64,000 nt of DNA from an uncultured bacterium. GTDB lineage: Bacteria > Bdellovibrionota_C > UBA2361 > CALJRW01. The translations under genes were made by a program, and so were the position numbers. The stretch spans positions 1,335 through 65,334 of the forward strand of contig CALJRW010000050.1 of the NCBI GenBank assembly GCA_937976335.1, in the 5' to 3' direction. Under the pieces are notes generated by a model, which had not been told where the DNA came from, made no database searches, and saw nothing but the letters and a program-made list of their open reading frames with translations. Numbering within the stretch: the first letter of the stretch is position 1; every line of letters begins with the position of its first letter. Of this stretch, positions 19,455 through 28,424 are shown in pieces.

Positions 19455-20360
19455 ATGTCTAACATTCATGTTCAAACTCCTTTAATTGAGACTCTGTCTC
19501 TAGGTAGAGATTTAGCTTCTCGAGTATGGTTAAAGTTAGAAAATACTCAGCCAAGTGGTTCATTTAAAGCTAGAGGAATTGGATACGCTTGTAGTGAATA
19601 TAAATCAAAAGGTGCCAAAGGTTTTATTTCTTCTTCAGGTGGAAACGCAGGCCTTGCGGTAGCTCTTTCAGGTAGGATGTTAAATATTCCAGTTCTAGTT
19701 TATGCTCCGGAGAGCACGACTCAGCAAGCAAGAAAATTAATTATTAATCAAGGTGCAGAACTAGTAATTCATGGTGAAACTTGGTTAGAAGCTCATACTA
19801 AAGCTTTAGAAAATATAACAGATGATTATGTCTACATTCATCCTTTTGACAATCCGTTACTCTGGACTGGCCATTCAACTATCATTGATGAAATTAAATC
19901 TTCAAATGTAGTGCCAGACGCAATTTTATTGTCCGTTGGTGGAGGTGGATTGTTATGTGGAGTACTAGAGGGTTTAACTAGAAACAACTTAGAAAGTACA
20001 AAAGTTATAGCTATAGAAACTAAAGGAGCAGACTCTCTTAATCAATCTCTTAAGTCTAAAAAATTAATTGAGTTAGAAAAAATAACTTCAATCGCTACTT
20101 CCTTAGGAGCAAAAAAAATTTCAGAAAAAGCTTATGAACTCGCAGTTAAAAATGATGTTAGAAGTATTGTCGTTAGTGATAATGATGCCATTAGGGCTTG
20201 TAGAGATTTCTTGGATGAACATAGAATGCTTGTTGAACCAGCCTGTGGGGCAACAATTAGCGCCTTAAAGGTTGATAGAGATTATCTTAAGCAATTTAAA
20301 AATATTGTTGTTATTGTTTGTGGTGGGGTTACGTACAGGGTTGAGGACCTAGTTTTTTAA
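19455..20360 (+). CDS. PLP-dependent L-serine/L-threonine dehydratase (fold type II)
   Basis: SFKARG PLP-lysine motif, GGGG glycine loop, 301 aa. Confidence 0.8.
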   Translation: MSNIHVQTPLIETLSLGRDLASRVWLKLENTQPSGSFKARGIGYACSEYKSKGAKGFISSSGGNAGLAVALSGRMLNIPVLVYAPESTTQQARKLIINQGAELVIHGETWLEAHTKALENITDDYVYIHPFDNPLLWTGHSTIIDEIKSSNVVPDAILLSVGGGGLLCGVLEGLTRNNLESTKVIAIETKGADSLNQSLKSKKLIELEKITSIATSLGAKKISEKAYELAVKNDVRSIVVSDNDAIRACRDFLDEHRMLVEPACGATISALKVDRDYLKQFKNIVVIVCGGVTYRVEDLVF

Positions 20361-20385
20361 TAAGTCTTATCCAAAATTCAGGTTT

Positions 20386-20432
20386 AAAAGCTCTTTTTCG
20401 GAAATTACTTTTTGGACTTTCTATAGATGTTA
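20386..20432. repeat. 46-nt intergenic repeat (second copy at 51211-51256, one mismatch)
   Basis: aaaagctctttttcggaaattactttttggactttctatagatgtt. Confidence 0.85.
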
Positions 20433-20463
20433 ACGTAAAAATAGTAAAAGAAAAGCAAATTTT

Positions 20464-20949
20464 TTAATTAACTTCTTTCAAAAACTCCAAAACCTCTTTC
20501 GAATGAGTCAGAGGTTTAACTTTTCCAAAAACTTTAACAATCTTCCGCTTACCATCTAAAACAAAAGTAACTCGTTTAATTCCATTAAAAGTCTTACCCA
20601 TAAATTTCTTTTCACCATAAACTCCATATTTTTCAGAAATTTTAAAATCAGTATCTGAAAGCATTAATTCTTTTAAGTTATTTTTTCCGCAAAACTTAGT
20701 TTTAGATTTTTCATCACCACCAGAAATACCAATTACTTTTGCATTGAGTTTTTCATATTTTTTAATATCTTTAGAAAAATTTCTAGCTTCTATTGTGCAT
20801 CCCGGGGTATTGTCTCTAGGATAGAAAAAGAGAATTATGTACTCTTCTTCAAAGTCTTTAAGTGCATGAAGTTCGCCATCTTTATCTTTTAATTTAAAAG
20901 CAGGTGCTTTCTTTCCTTCGACTAACATATTAATATTCCTTTTTGTCAA
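20464..20949 (-). CDS. bcp: Peroxiredoxin (Bcp/thiol peroxidase, AhpC-TSA family)
   Basis: PRDNTPGCTIE peroxidatic Cys motif. Confidence 0.8.
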   Translation of the reverse strand: MTKRNINMLVEGKKAPAFKLKDKDGELHALKDFEEEYIILFFYPRDNTPGCTIEARNFSKDIKKYEKLNAKVIGISGGDEKSKTKFCGKNNLKELMLSDTDFKISEKYGVYGEKKFMGKTFNGIKRVTFVLDGKRKIVKVFGKVKPLTHSKEVLEFLKEVN

Positions 20950-20961
20950 AATTAAATAGAA

Positions 20962-21654
20962 TTATTCTTTATTATCACTGCTCCAAGGAGAATCTCCAGG
21001 AACATGAAAAACTTCCTGATTGCCCTTAATTGTTGCTTCAATATCAAAAGCATCTGAAAGTTGATTTAAAACTTCAGTAATTCTTGTTCCACTACTTTCG
21101 ACAAGTTCAGCAGCTTTAATTTGTTCAGGTGTTGCAGCATCACTAGTTTTCATTAAATATGCAGCACCTAAAACTGCTCCTAAGGGATTATTGATTTCAT
21201 GCTTTAGAGTAGACACAAGAGTTTTAATAGTATCCATCTTGATTTTCTCTTGAGTAATTTTAGCTAAGTTTTGACTTAAAACATTTCTTTCAACAATTCC
21301 TTTAACAAGTGGTTGGAACAAAGGTTGAGAAATTTGAGTTTTTTGAACAAAATAATTAGCGCCCGCAAGCACTGCCGAGCCAGGAATTTCGGGAGCAACA
21401 TCAGAGCTCATTGAAATAACTGCATGATCTTTAAAAATTCCTTCGGCAATTAGTTCTTTCCCTCTTCCATCAGGTAAGTGTTCGTCAATAAAAACAACGT
21501 CAAAAGCAATTTGTGAATTAGATTTAAAGTGATTCCTAACACTAGTTAAATCTGAAAAAGTAGTAAATTCAGCCTTGTTCATAAAAACAGAAAGTCTTTT
21601 TTGAAGAATTTTTTTAAATCCTTCATCATCATCAATTATTAGAATTTTTATCAT
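20962..21654 (-). CDS. Response-regulator receiver domain fused to HisKA dimerisation/phosphoacceptor domain, no ATPase domain
   Basis: REC: ILIIDDDE...DVVFIDEHLPDG. HisKA H-box: TLKHEINNPLGAV. The ORF ends about 70 aa later with no HATPase_c. Confidence 0.7.
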   Translation of the reverse strand: MIKILIIDDDEGFKKILQKRLSVFMNKAEFTTFSDLTSVRNHFKSNSQIAFDVVFIDEHLPDGRGKELIAEGIFKDHAVISMSSDVAPEIPGSAVLAGANYFVQKTQISQPLFQPLVKGIVERNVLSQNLAKITQEKIKMDTIKTLVSTLKHEINNPLGAVLGAAYLMKTSDAATPEQIKAAELVESSGTRITEVLNQLSDAFDIEATIKGNQEVFHVPGDSPWSSDNKE

Positions 21655-21666
21655 TTTAATAGCTTT

Positions 21667-23451
21667 TTAAGAATTTTTGTTTGCTTTTTTAAGCTCACTA
21701 TAGCTTTCTGCGTTGCTAAGATCCAGCTCCTGATGTGCAACTAATTCAGCATATAAGCCTGTTTCAGAAATTAAGGTTTCGTGATTACCATTTTGTACAA
21801 TTTCTCCATTATTTACTACCAACACCTGATTCGCATTTTTAATCGTTGAAAGCCTATGAGCAATGACTAAAACAGTTCTAGCACTCATTAATCTTGAAAG
21901 TGCCTCTTGAATCAGATTTTCATTTTCACTGTCTAGCGAAGCAGTAGCTTCATCAAGTACTAAAATTCTAGGATTTCTAAGAATTGCTCTTGCTATAGCA
22001 ATTCTTTGTTTTTGGCCAGAGCTTAGTTGTGTGCCACGCTCTCCACAAACAGTTTCAAAGCCGTCTGGGAGAGAATAAATGAAGTCGAGAATATTTGCTT
22101 GATTACAAACTTTCTCTAACTCTCCCATAGTTGCGTTTGATTTTCCGTACAACAAGTTTTCTTTTATACTTGAGGAAAACAAAATTGGTTCTTGGGGGAC
22201 GTAGGCAACTTGTTCGTAAAGTTCAGTTTTATTTAAACTTTTAAGATTAGTTTGTCCAAGTTTTATGACTCCCTTATTAGGTTCATAGAAACCTAATAAA
22301 AGTTTAGCTATAGTGCTTTTTCCAGAACCAGAAGGACCTACTAGGGCCGTTGTTGTTCCAGATTGCATATCAAAGCCAATATTTTTTAAAACTGGAACAT
22401 CATCTCTGTTAGGATAGCTAAAGGAAACATCTTGAAATCTTACAAAGCCAAAGTTTAGCTCAAGTTGCTCCGAAGGTTTTTCTTCTTGACTAACTCCAAA
22501 GAATTCGTAAACTCTCTCTAGAGCACCAAGTGCTTGAACAATTTCAATATAGTTATTTACCAGTAGTGGAAAGGATACGCCAACTATCATTCCGTAAAGA
22601 ATAAATGCAGTTAGGTCTCCGTACGCAAGTTGTGAATTGGATACTAGTGAAAATCCATAAAGGCATAAACAAATTAGAAAAGTATAAAGAGCAAAACTCA
22701 CTAATGAAGAAAATACAGCACTAATTTTAGCTCGTTTTTTAGTAATATGAAAAATATTCCAAGCTGCTTTAGCAAATCTTTCAGTTTCATAACTTTCTTT
22801 ATTGTGCACTGTAACTACCGCTTTTTGAGAAAAGGTTTCTTCTGCAATAGTAGATGCTAAGCCAAGAGAGGCTTGAATCTCTTTTGAATGTTTTCTTAGT
22901 TTTTTAATAAAAAATGAGCCGAGTAAAACTAAGACAGGAATAAAAATTGCAGCGCTAATAGCTAATTTTGTAGATAAAAAAGACATTAAAATTAAGCCAA
23001 AAATAACTTGAATTCCATGTCTAAAAACTACTGAAAGTCTAAAGGAAACAGCATCTTGAATTTTAGCACAATCTGAGTTCACTCTAGAAACTAAATCACC
23101 AGTGTGATTTTTATCAAAAAAACTAATATCTTTTGCAATTAAATTTTCAAAAAGTTCTTTTCTTAAATTAGCAACAGTTTTACTGCCAAGAATTGCGAAA
23201 TAATATGAACGTAAGTATGAAAAAAGACCTTGAAAAATAAAAAGTCCAATTAAAAAAAGGGCAGTAATCATTGGAGCTTTAAAGAGATAGTAGTTATAAT
23301 CTGAATTTATAAAATACCTGATAAGTGCTGGAATAGTGAGATTAGCAATGTTCCCACCAACTAAACCGAGAAAGCCTAAAAAGAAAATTTTTTTGTCAAC
23401 AAGAGCAAGTTTAACTAATTGCAAAAAAGTAACTTTTTTCTTTGTTTTCAT
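21667..23451 (-). CDS. ABC exporter, fused permease/ATP-binding (MsbA-like)
   Basis: Six TM N-terminal domain, Walker A GPSGSGKST, signature LSSGQKQR, Walker B ILVLDEATASLD. Confidence 0.9.
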   Translation of the reverse strand: MKTKKKVTFLQLVKLALVDKKIFFLGFLGLVGGNIANLTIPALIRYFINSDYNYYLFKAPMITALFLIGLFIFQGLFSYLRSYYFAILGSKTVANLRKELFENLIAKDISFFDKNHTGDLVSRVNSDCAKIQDAVSFRLSVVFRHGIQVIFGLILMSFLSTKLAISAAIFIPVLVLLGSFFIKKLRKHSKEIQASLGLASTIAEETFSQKAVVTVHNKESYETERFAKAAWNIFHITKKRAKISAVFSSLVSFALYTFLICLCLYGFSLVSNSQLAYGDLTAFILYGMIVGVSFPLLVNNYIEIVQALGALERVYEFFGVSQEEKPSEQLELNFGFVRFQDVSFSYPNRDDVPVLKNIGFDMQSGTTTALVGPSGSGKSTIAKLLLGFYEPNKGVIKLGQTNLKSLNKTELYEQVAYVPQEPILFSSSIKENLLYGKSNATMGELEKVCNQANILDFIYSLPDGFETVCGERGTQLSSGQKQRIAIARAILRNPRILVLDEATASLDSENENLIQEALSRLMSARTVLVIAHRLSTIKNANQVLVVNNGEIVQNGNHETLISETGLYAELVAHQELDLSNAESYSELKKANKNS

Positions 23452-24041
23452 AAGTACTTCCTAACATCAATAGTCTGCATTCCTGCATTTTTTGCCCCTT
23501 TAAGTCCTGCATCAGAATCTTCAAAGACAAGGCAGCTACTAGCTTCGACATTAATTCTATTTGCTGCTTCTAGAAAAATTTCAGGGTCAGGCTTTCCTTT
23601 AACATTGTCACTTGCAGTAACAATTGCATTGAATTTGTCAAAGATGTTAATGGCCTTAAGTGTAGCTTCTGCATTTGAAAATACAGCTCCTGTAGCTATG
23701 GCTAAAGGAAGTTTAGTGTAGTAGAAATCAACAATTTCAACGGTAGGGATAATTGCTTGTGTTTTACTAAGACTGGCTTCCGTTCTTTTTTCTTTTTCTT
23801 CTCCTATAACTTTAGGATCTAAATTTGTACCAAGTTTATCATTTAATATGTTTACTAATTCTCTATTTGGGACTCCTGCAAAGTCATGTATTAGCTCAGC
23901 ATTTAATGCAACTTCATTTTCAGCAAAAATTTCTTTCCAAACTTCAGCATGCATGTTCATAGAGTTAACTAATGTTCCATCAAGGTCAAAAATTAAGCCT
24001 TTAATGCTATTGGGGATTAAATTAAAGAAAGGATTAGTCAT
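23448..24041 (-). CDS. HAD-superfamily hydrolase (beta-phosphoglucomutase-like subfamily IA)
   Basis: Motif I LIFDLDGTL. C-terminal FEDSDAGLKGAKNAGM. Confidence 0.8.
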   Translation of the reverse strand: MTNPFFNLIPNSIKGLIFDLDGTLVNSMNMHAEVWKEIFAENEVALNAELIHDFAGVPNRELVNILNDKLGTNLDPKVIGEEKEKRTEASLSKTQAIIPTVEIVDFYYTKLPLAIATGAVFSNAEATLKAINIFDKFNAIVTASDNVKGKPDPEIFLEAANRINVEASSCLVFEDSDAGLKGAKNAGMQTIDVRKYL

Positions 24042-25144
24042 ATTGTTTCAACCTTTCTAACTTTATTATCTAAAAGAAGAGATAACCAACGTAAGTCTTT
24101 GTTATTTTCAAGTAAAATTTTAATAATCATTGTTAGAGGAACCGACATAAGTGCACCTCCTGGCCCCCAAACCCATCCCCAAAAAATCAGTGAAAGAAGT
24201 ACAACAAGAGGGGATAGGCCAAGTTGTCTTCCCATAAATATTGGTTCAATAAAATTACTGATAAGAATATTAACTACTAAATAACCTATGGCTATTGTGA
24301 TAGCACCGCTTGGGCCATGAGTTAGGGTAGCCAATAAAATTGCAGGCACTGAAGCAACAGTTGATCCTACAAATGGTATATAGTTTAAAAGAAAGGCAAT
24401 AAAACCCCATAGAATATAAAAATCTAAACCCATTAGATATGTCCAAGAACCCACGAGTAATCCTGTCAGAAGAGAGGTTGAAGTTTTAATAGCAAGGTAA
24501 CGTTGTACATCAGCGCATGTGTTCTGAAAACGATTGAAGTCAATCTTATCACCCAATGCAAAATTTAATTTAGTACTAAACTCAGCTGCTTCTAAAAGCA
24601 TAAATATCATTAAAATGATTACAATAAATGTACTTGAAAGTGTACTAGCAAGGCTTTTAAAAAATGAACTAACGTATTCAAGTATTGAGTTTGGAGAAAA
24701 TATGCTTATATCAACAAGTTCAACATTCTCAAATCCTTTCGCTCTAATCCAATTATTAGTTTGTCGAGTAAGTTCATCAAAACGCATCTTGTAGTCAGGA
24801 AGAGTTTGAGAAAATTCATTAACAGACTTACTTAAAATTACTCCAGTTCCTAAAATTGCGCCTAAAACAATAGAAGCGATAATTAACACTGCAATCCATG
24901 TAGGTATTTTTATCTTTTTAAGAAATGTTAAAGGAACAAACCCTAAGATACTAAGAAAGATAGCAAATAAGAATGGCACGCAAATTGATTTAGCTGATTT
25001 TAGGCCAGCAATGATAACTACAAGGGAGGCTAGTAAAAAAACTAATCTAGAGCTTAAATTTTTCTTAACAATCTTTGTTTCCACAAGTTCTATTGTTGCC
25101 TTAAATACTTGATTTTGCAATGTTAGTTTGCTCAAAATTGTCAA
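24038..25144 (-). CDS. AI-2E family (PerM/UPF0118) transporter
   Basis: 368 aa polytopic membrane protein with AI-2E-like topology and length. Moderate confidence. Confidence 0.5.
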   Translation of the reverse strand: MTILSKLTLQNQVFKATIELVETKIVKKNLSSRLVFLLASLVVIIAGLKSAKSICVPFLFAIFLSILGFVPLTFLKKIKIPTWIAVLIIASIVLGAILGTGVILSKSVNEFSQTLPDYKMRFDELTRQTNNWIRAKGFENVELVDISIFSPNSILEYVSSFFKSLASTLSSTFIVIILMIFMLLEAAEFSTKLNFALGDKIDFNRFQNTCADVQRYLAIKTSTSLLTGLLVGSWTYLMGLDFYILWGFIAFLLNYIPFVGSTVASVPAILLATLTHGPSGAITIAIGYLVVNILISNFIEPIFMGRQLGLSPLVVLLSLIFWGWVWGPGGALMSVPLTMIIKILLENNKDLRWLSLLLDNKVRKVETI

Positions 25145-25291
25145 TTTTATGAAAAAATAGCTAAATTATAGAGAGCGAACTGAGGTTTGTCGTCAGTCTT
25201 TGCTAGGTGTCGTGAAGAAGAAAGGTTTTATGTTAATTTCTAAAGGTTCAATATCGATAAATAGATATAGCTAATGAGCAAGAATTATTAA

Positions 25292-26791
25292 GTGAATTCA
25301 AAAGTAAAAGTAAAAGAAAAATTCCAAATATCAACAATATTTTATCTAGCTATAGTGTTGTTTGTTTCCTATTTTACTTACTTTAGAGGATACGAATATC
25401 CTAATAAATTATTCTGGGATGAAAATTATCATATAGCTTCTGCCTATAAATATCTCGATAATACTTTTTTTATGGAAATGCACCCTCCGCTTGGAAAGCT
25501 TTTTATTGCCTTAGGTGAGAAAATTTATCATCCAAATGATAATTTAGATTTAAGTTCGGTTAAATACAAAAGTAAAATAAAGATAATACCAAAGAAATTT
25601 TCTTTTAAAGGCTTAAGGTTTTTTCCTGCTCTTTTTGCTTTTTTAAGTGCAGGCTTGTTTTTTATACTCACTTATTTATTGATTGGAAATGCGCATTTAA
25701 GTTTTTTATTTTCATTTTTTTATCTCTTGGATAATGCCCTAATAGTACACTCAAGGGGAGCGATGTTAGATGGCATGCAAATATTTTTTATTTTACTTTC
25801 CTTAGTTTACTTTACATATCTATTTAGTTTGAAAAAACAAAAAAGTGTTACTCAGTACTTTTTAATTGGCTTTTTAATTAGTATCGCAGCTTCAATTAAA
25901 GCGACGTCTTTAATTTTGTTAATATGCCCGTTTTTTATGTTTTGCAGTGATTTTACAAATTTCAAAGAAAATCATGGTTTTATTAGTAGAAGTTTTTATA
26001 CTGAATTATCTTTGAAAATTCTTACATTTTTCAGTGGTTTTTTGTTAATTATCCTTTTTTCATATTTCATTCATTACAGTGTTGCTTCTGAAGTTAGAGA
26101 TGGAAAAACTTATAAAGTAAGTAAAAAGTTTTTAGAACTTGTTGAAACAAAACAAGTTGCTAAAATATTAAATCTACCAATTACTATAAAAGAGAGTGTG
26201 AAATATTTTCTAAATTATCAGAAAGGTGTGCCAACTCTTAAACCTGGGTCTGAGTTTGAAAATGGCTCTCATCCAATATTTTGGCCTTTTGGTAAAAAAG
26301 CAATTAATTATCGATGGGAAAAAGTTTCACAACAAAAAATCAAATATCTAATGCTTCAAATTAATCCAATTGTTTGGTCCTGTGGATTTATAGGTTTGTT
26401 ACTCAGTTTTGTAATTTTTATAGGTCATTTTGTGTTTAATATTCATTGGGAGTGTAGAAAAACTTTTTCTTTTATTTCTTATTTCTTTATCTCATATGTT
26501 TGTTACATGGTAGTAATGCTAAGAATAGATAGAGTGATGTATTTATATCACTATTTTATTCCTTTACTTTTTAGTTTGTTTTTATTCTTTTTGTCTCTTA
26601 AGATGCTTTTTTTAAATTCTTGGAAGAGATATGATAGAGTGCTGTATTTTTCTATTACAACTCTACTGATTTCAACTCTGATTTGTTATTGGTATTTTTC
26701 GCCTATGACTTATTACAAGCCTATTAATATAGCAGAATTTATGTCAAGAAATTGGTTTGATATTTGGCAATATAGGATTATTTATTATTAG
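25292..26791 (+). CDS. PMT-family (GT39) dolichyl/polyprenyl-phosphate-mannose protein O-mannosyltransferase-like
   Basis: FMEMHPPLGKL motif in the first loop, polytopic, 499 aa, GTG start. Confidence 0.65.
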   Translation: MNSKVKVKEKFQISTIFYLAIVLFVSYFTYFRGYEYPNKLFWDENYHIASAYKYLDNTFFMEMHPPLGKLFIALGEKIYHPNDNLDLSSVKYKSKIKIIPKKFSFKGLRFFPALFAFLSAGLFFILTYLLIGNAHLSFLFSFFYLLDNALIVHSRGAMLDGMQIFFILLSLVYFTYLFSLKKQKSVTQYFLIGFLISIAASIKATSLILLICPFFMFCSDFTNFKENHGFISRSFYTELSLKILTFFSGFLLIILFSYFIHYSVASEVRDGKTYKVSKKFLELVETKQVAKILNLPITIKESVKYFLNYQKGVPTLKPGSEFENGSHPIFWPFGKKAINYRWEKVSQQKIKYLMLQINPIVWSCGFIGLLLSFVIFIGHFVFNIHWECRKTFSFISYFFISYVCYMVVMLRIDRVMYLYHYFIPLLFSLFLFFLSLKMLFLNSWKRYDRVLYFSITTLLISTLICYWYFSPMTYYKPINIAEFMSRNWFDIWQYRIIYY

Positions 26792-26792
26792 T

Positions 26793-27350
26793 ATGAGAGG
26801 ACAAAAAATATTTTTAGCATTCTCTTGTTTAACTTTGTTTTTTACGATCTTAAATGTTATCAAGTTGCCAGAAAAAAATATAATTGATGCTAAATTTTTT
26901 AAGTATTCAAAACTTCCTTTATTAACAAATAAAAATAAAAATTCCAAAAAAACTCTTGACTATTCATATCCTAATATTAATTTTCCTTTAGCTCAACTTC
27001 TTCAACATCAAAACTTAAAAATTGTTCCTATAAAAGAAAATTTTAGGGCTGAATTTACAGGTGATGTTAGAGTTTTAAAAGACACAGAAATAGAAATAAT
27101 AGTTAAGTCAGATGATGGATTTCGTTTTATCATAGATAAAAAAGTAATTATTCAAGATCCAAATTTACGAAAATTTATAGAGGTTGAAAAAAAGTTTAAA
27201 TTAACTGAAGGCAGTCATAAGTATATGATAGACTATTTTCAAGCTAAGGGAGATGCTGGGTTGATTATTAGATATAAAGCTAAAAATCAAAAAAAATATT
27301 CTTATTGGGGAGATTCTTCGGGGTATTTATTGTTTAATAATGGGAAATAG
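26793..27350 (+). CDS. PA14-domain protein with N-terminal TM anchor
   Basis: GDVRVLKDTEIEIIVKSDDGFRFIIDKKVI...GDAGLIIRYKA fits the PA14 pattern. Start trimmed to the internal Met just after the PMT stop. Confidence 0.5.
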   Translation: MRGQKIFLAFSCLTLFFTILNVIKLPEKNIIDAKFFKYSKLPLLTNKNKNSKKTLDYSYPNINFPLAQLLQHQNLKIVPIKENFRAEFTGDVRVLKDTEIEIIVKSDDGFRFIIDKKVIIQDPNLRKFIEVEKKFKLTEGSHKYMIDYFQAKGDAGLIIRYKAKNQKKYSYWGDSSGYLLFNNGK

Positions 27351-27353
27351 TAA

Positions 27354-28256
27354 ATGAAAATTGTTATAACGCAACCTCTTGGTTTTTCAGAAAAGCAGAT
27401 TGTTTCTTTGAGTGAACTAGGAGAAGTAACAAGCTATGATAACGTTTGTGTTGATACAGATGATTGGCTTGAGAGGGTGAAGGGAGCAAATGTAATTTGT
27501 TCTAATATAGCAGGCTTAAATGATGCTTGGTCTTTTCTTAAAAATACTTACCTAACTATTCCCTTCGTTGGGTACTCATTTATGGATGTTGAAATTCTAA
27601 AAAAGAATTCAGTTCTTTGCTCTAATAGTCCAGGATGCAATCAAATTGCCGTTACTGAATGGATTATTGCAATGCTTATTAATTACTGTAGAGAAATTCC
27701 AACCTTTATTAAGACAAGAAAAATTACTAAGTCTAAACCGATTATTACTAATAGTATTTATGGAAAGTCTGTATGCATATTAGGCAAAGGCAATATAGGA
27801 ACTCGAGTGGGAAAAGCGCTTGTAGCTTTAGGTTTGAAGGTGAGTTATTTTCAGAGAGGAGATAACCTTGGTTCTAAAGTAAGTAATGTAGATATTTTAA
27901 TCGATTGTTTGAGTTATAACGAAAGTACGAAAAAGTTTTACAATAAAGATTTTTTTAAACTAGTTAAAGAAGGTGTGGTATTTGTGTCTGTTAGTCGAAC
28001 TGAGACTCAAGACTTTGAAGCAATTTTTAAAAATTTAGAAACAGGAAAAATTAAACACTATATTACGGATAATGGAAGTGCAGTTGTTTTTGATGAAGTA
28101 GATAGTACGTATTTATCTTTAATTGAAAATCAAAATATTACAATTACACCGCATGTTGCTGCGTACTCGGATGTAACAATTAGTGTTTCAACCCAAATAT
28201 GTTTTGAAAACATAAGAGCTTATATTTCTGGTCAGCCCATAAATTTGATTTACTAA
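27354..28256 (+). CDS. D-isomer-specific 2-hydroxyacid dehydrogenase family, NAD-binding
   Basis: ILGKGNIGTRVGKAL Rossmann motif and catalytic-domain layout. Confidence 0.7.
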   Translation: MKIVITQPLGFSEKQIVSLSELGEVTSYDNVCVDTDDWLERVKGANVICSNIAGLNDAWSFLKNTYLTIPFVGYSFMDVEILKKNSVLCSNSPGCNQIAVTEWIIAMLINYCREIPTFIKTRKITKSKPIITNSIYGKSVCILGKGNIGTRVGKALVALGLKVSYFQRGDNLGSKVSNVDILIDCLSYNESTKKFYNKDFFKLVKEGVVFVSVSRTETQDFEAIFKNLETGKIKHYITDNGSAVVFDEVDSTYLSLIENQNITITPHVAAYSDVTISVSTQICFENIRAYISGQPINLIY

Positions 28257-28424
28257 TTGAGTTATTTTTTTAGTGCTTCTACTTGTAATGGTTTTACTTT
28301 AATTTTTAAACACTTGACTCTTGAAACCCCTAAAACTCCCAGTTCTAACAAGAAAAACACTACAAGTTAACTAAATTGAAACATGTAATTGACTAAGCCC
28401 CATATCCAGCTATTCTAGTAGTTA

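Noticed and set aside
26757-26791. 35-nt overlap of the PA14-protein ORF with the PMT gene
   Set aside because: An internal Met at 26793 gives a start right after the PMT stop, ahead of a TM/signal segment. It was treated as a start-codon choice, not a real overlap.
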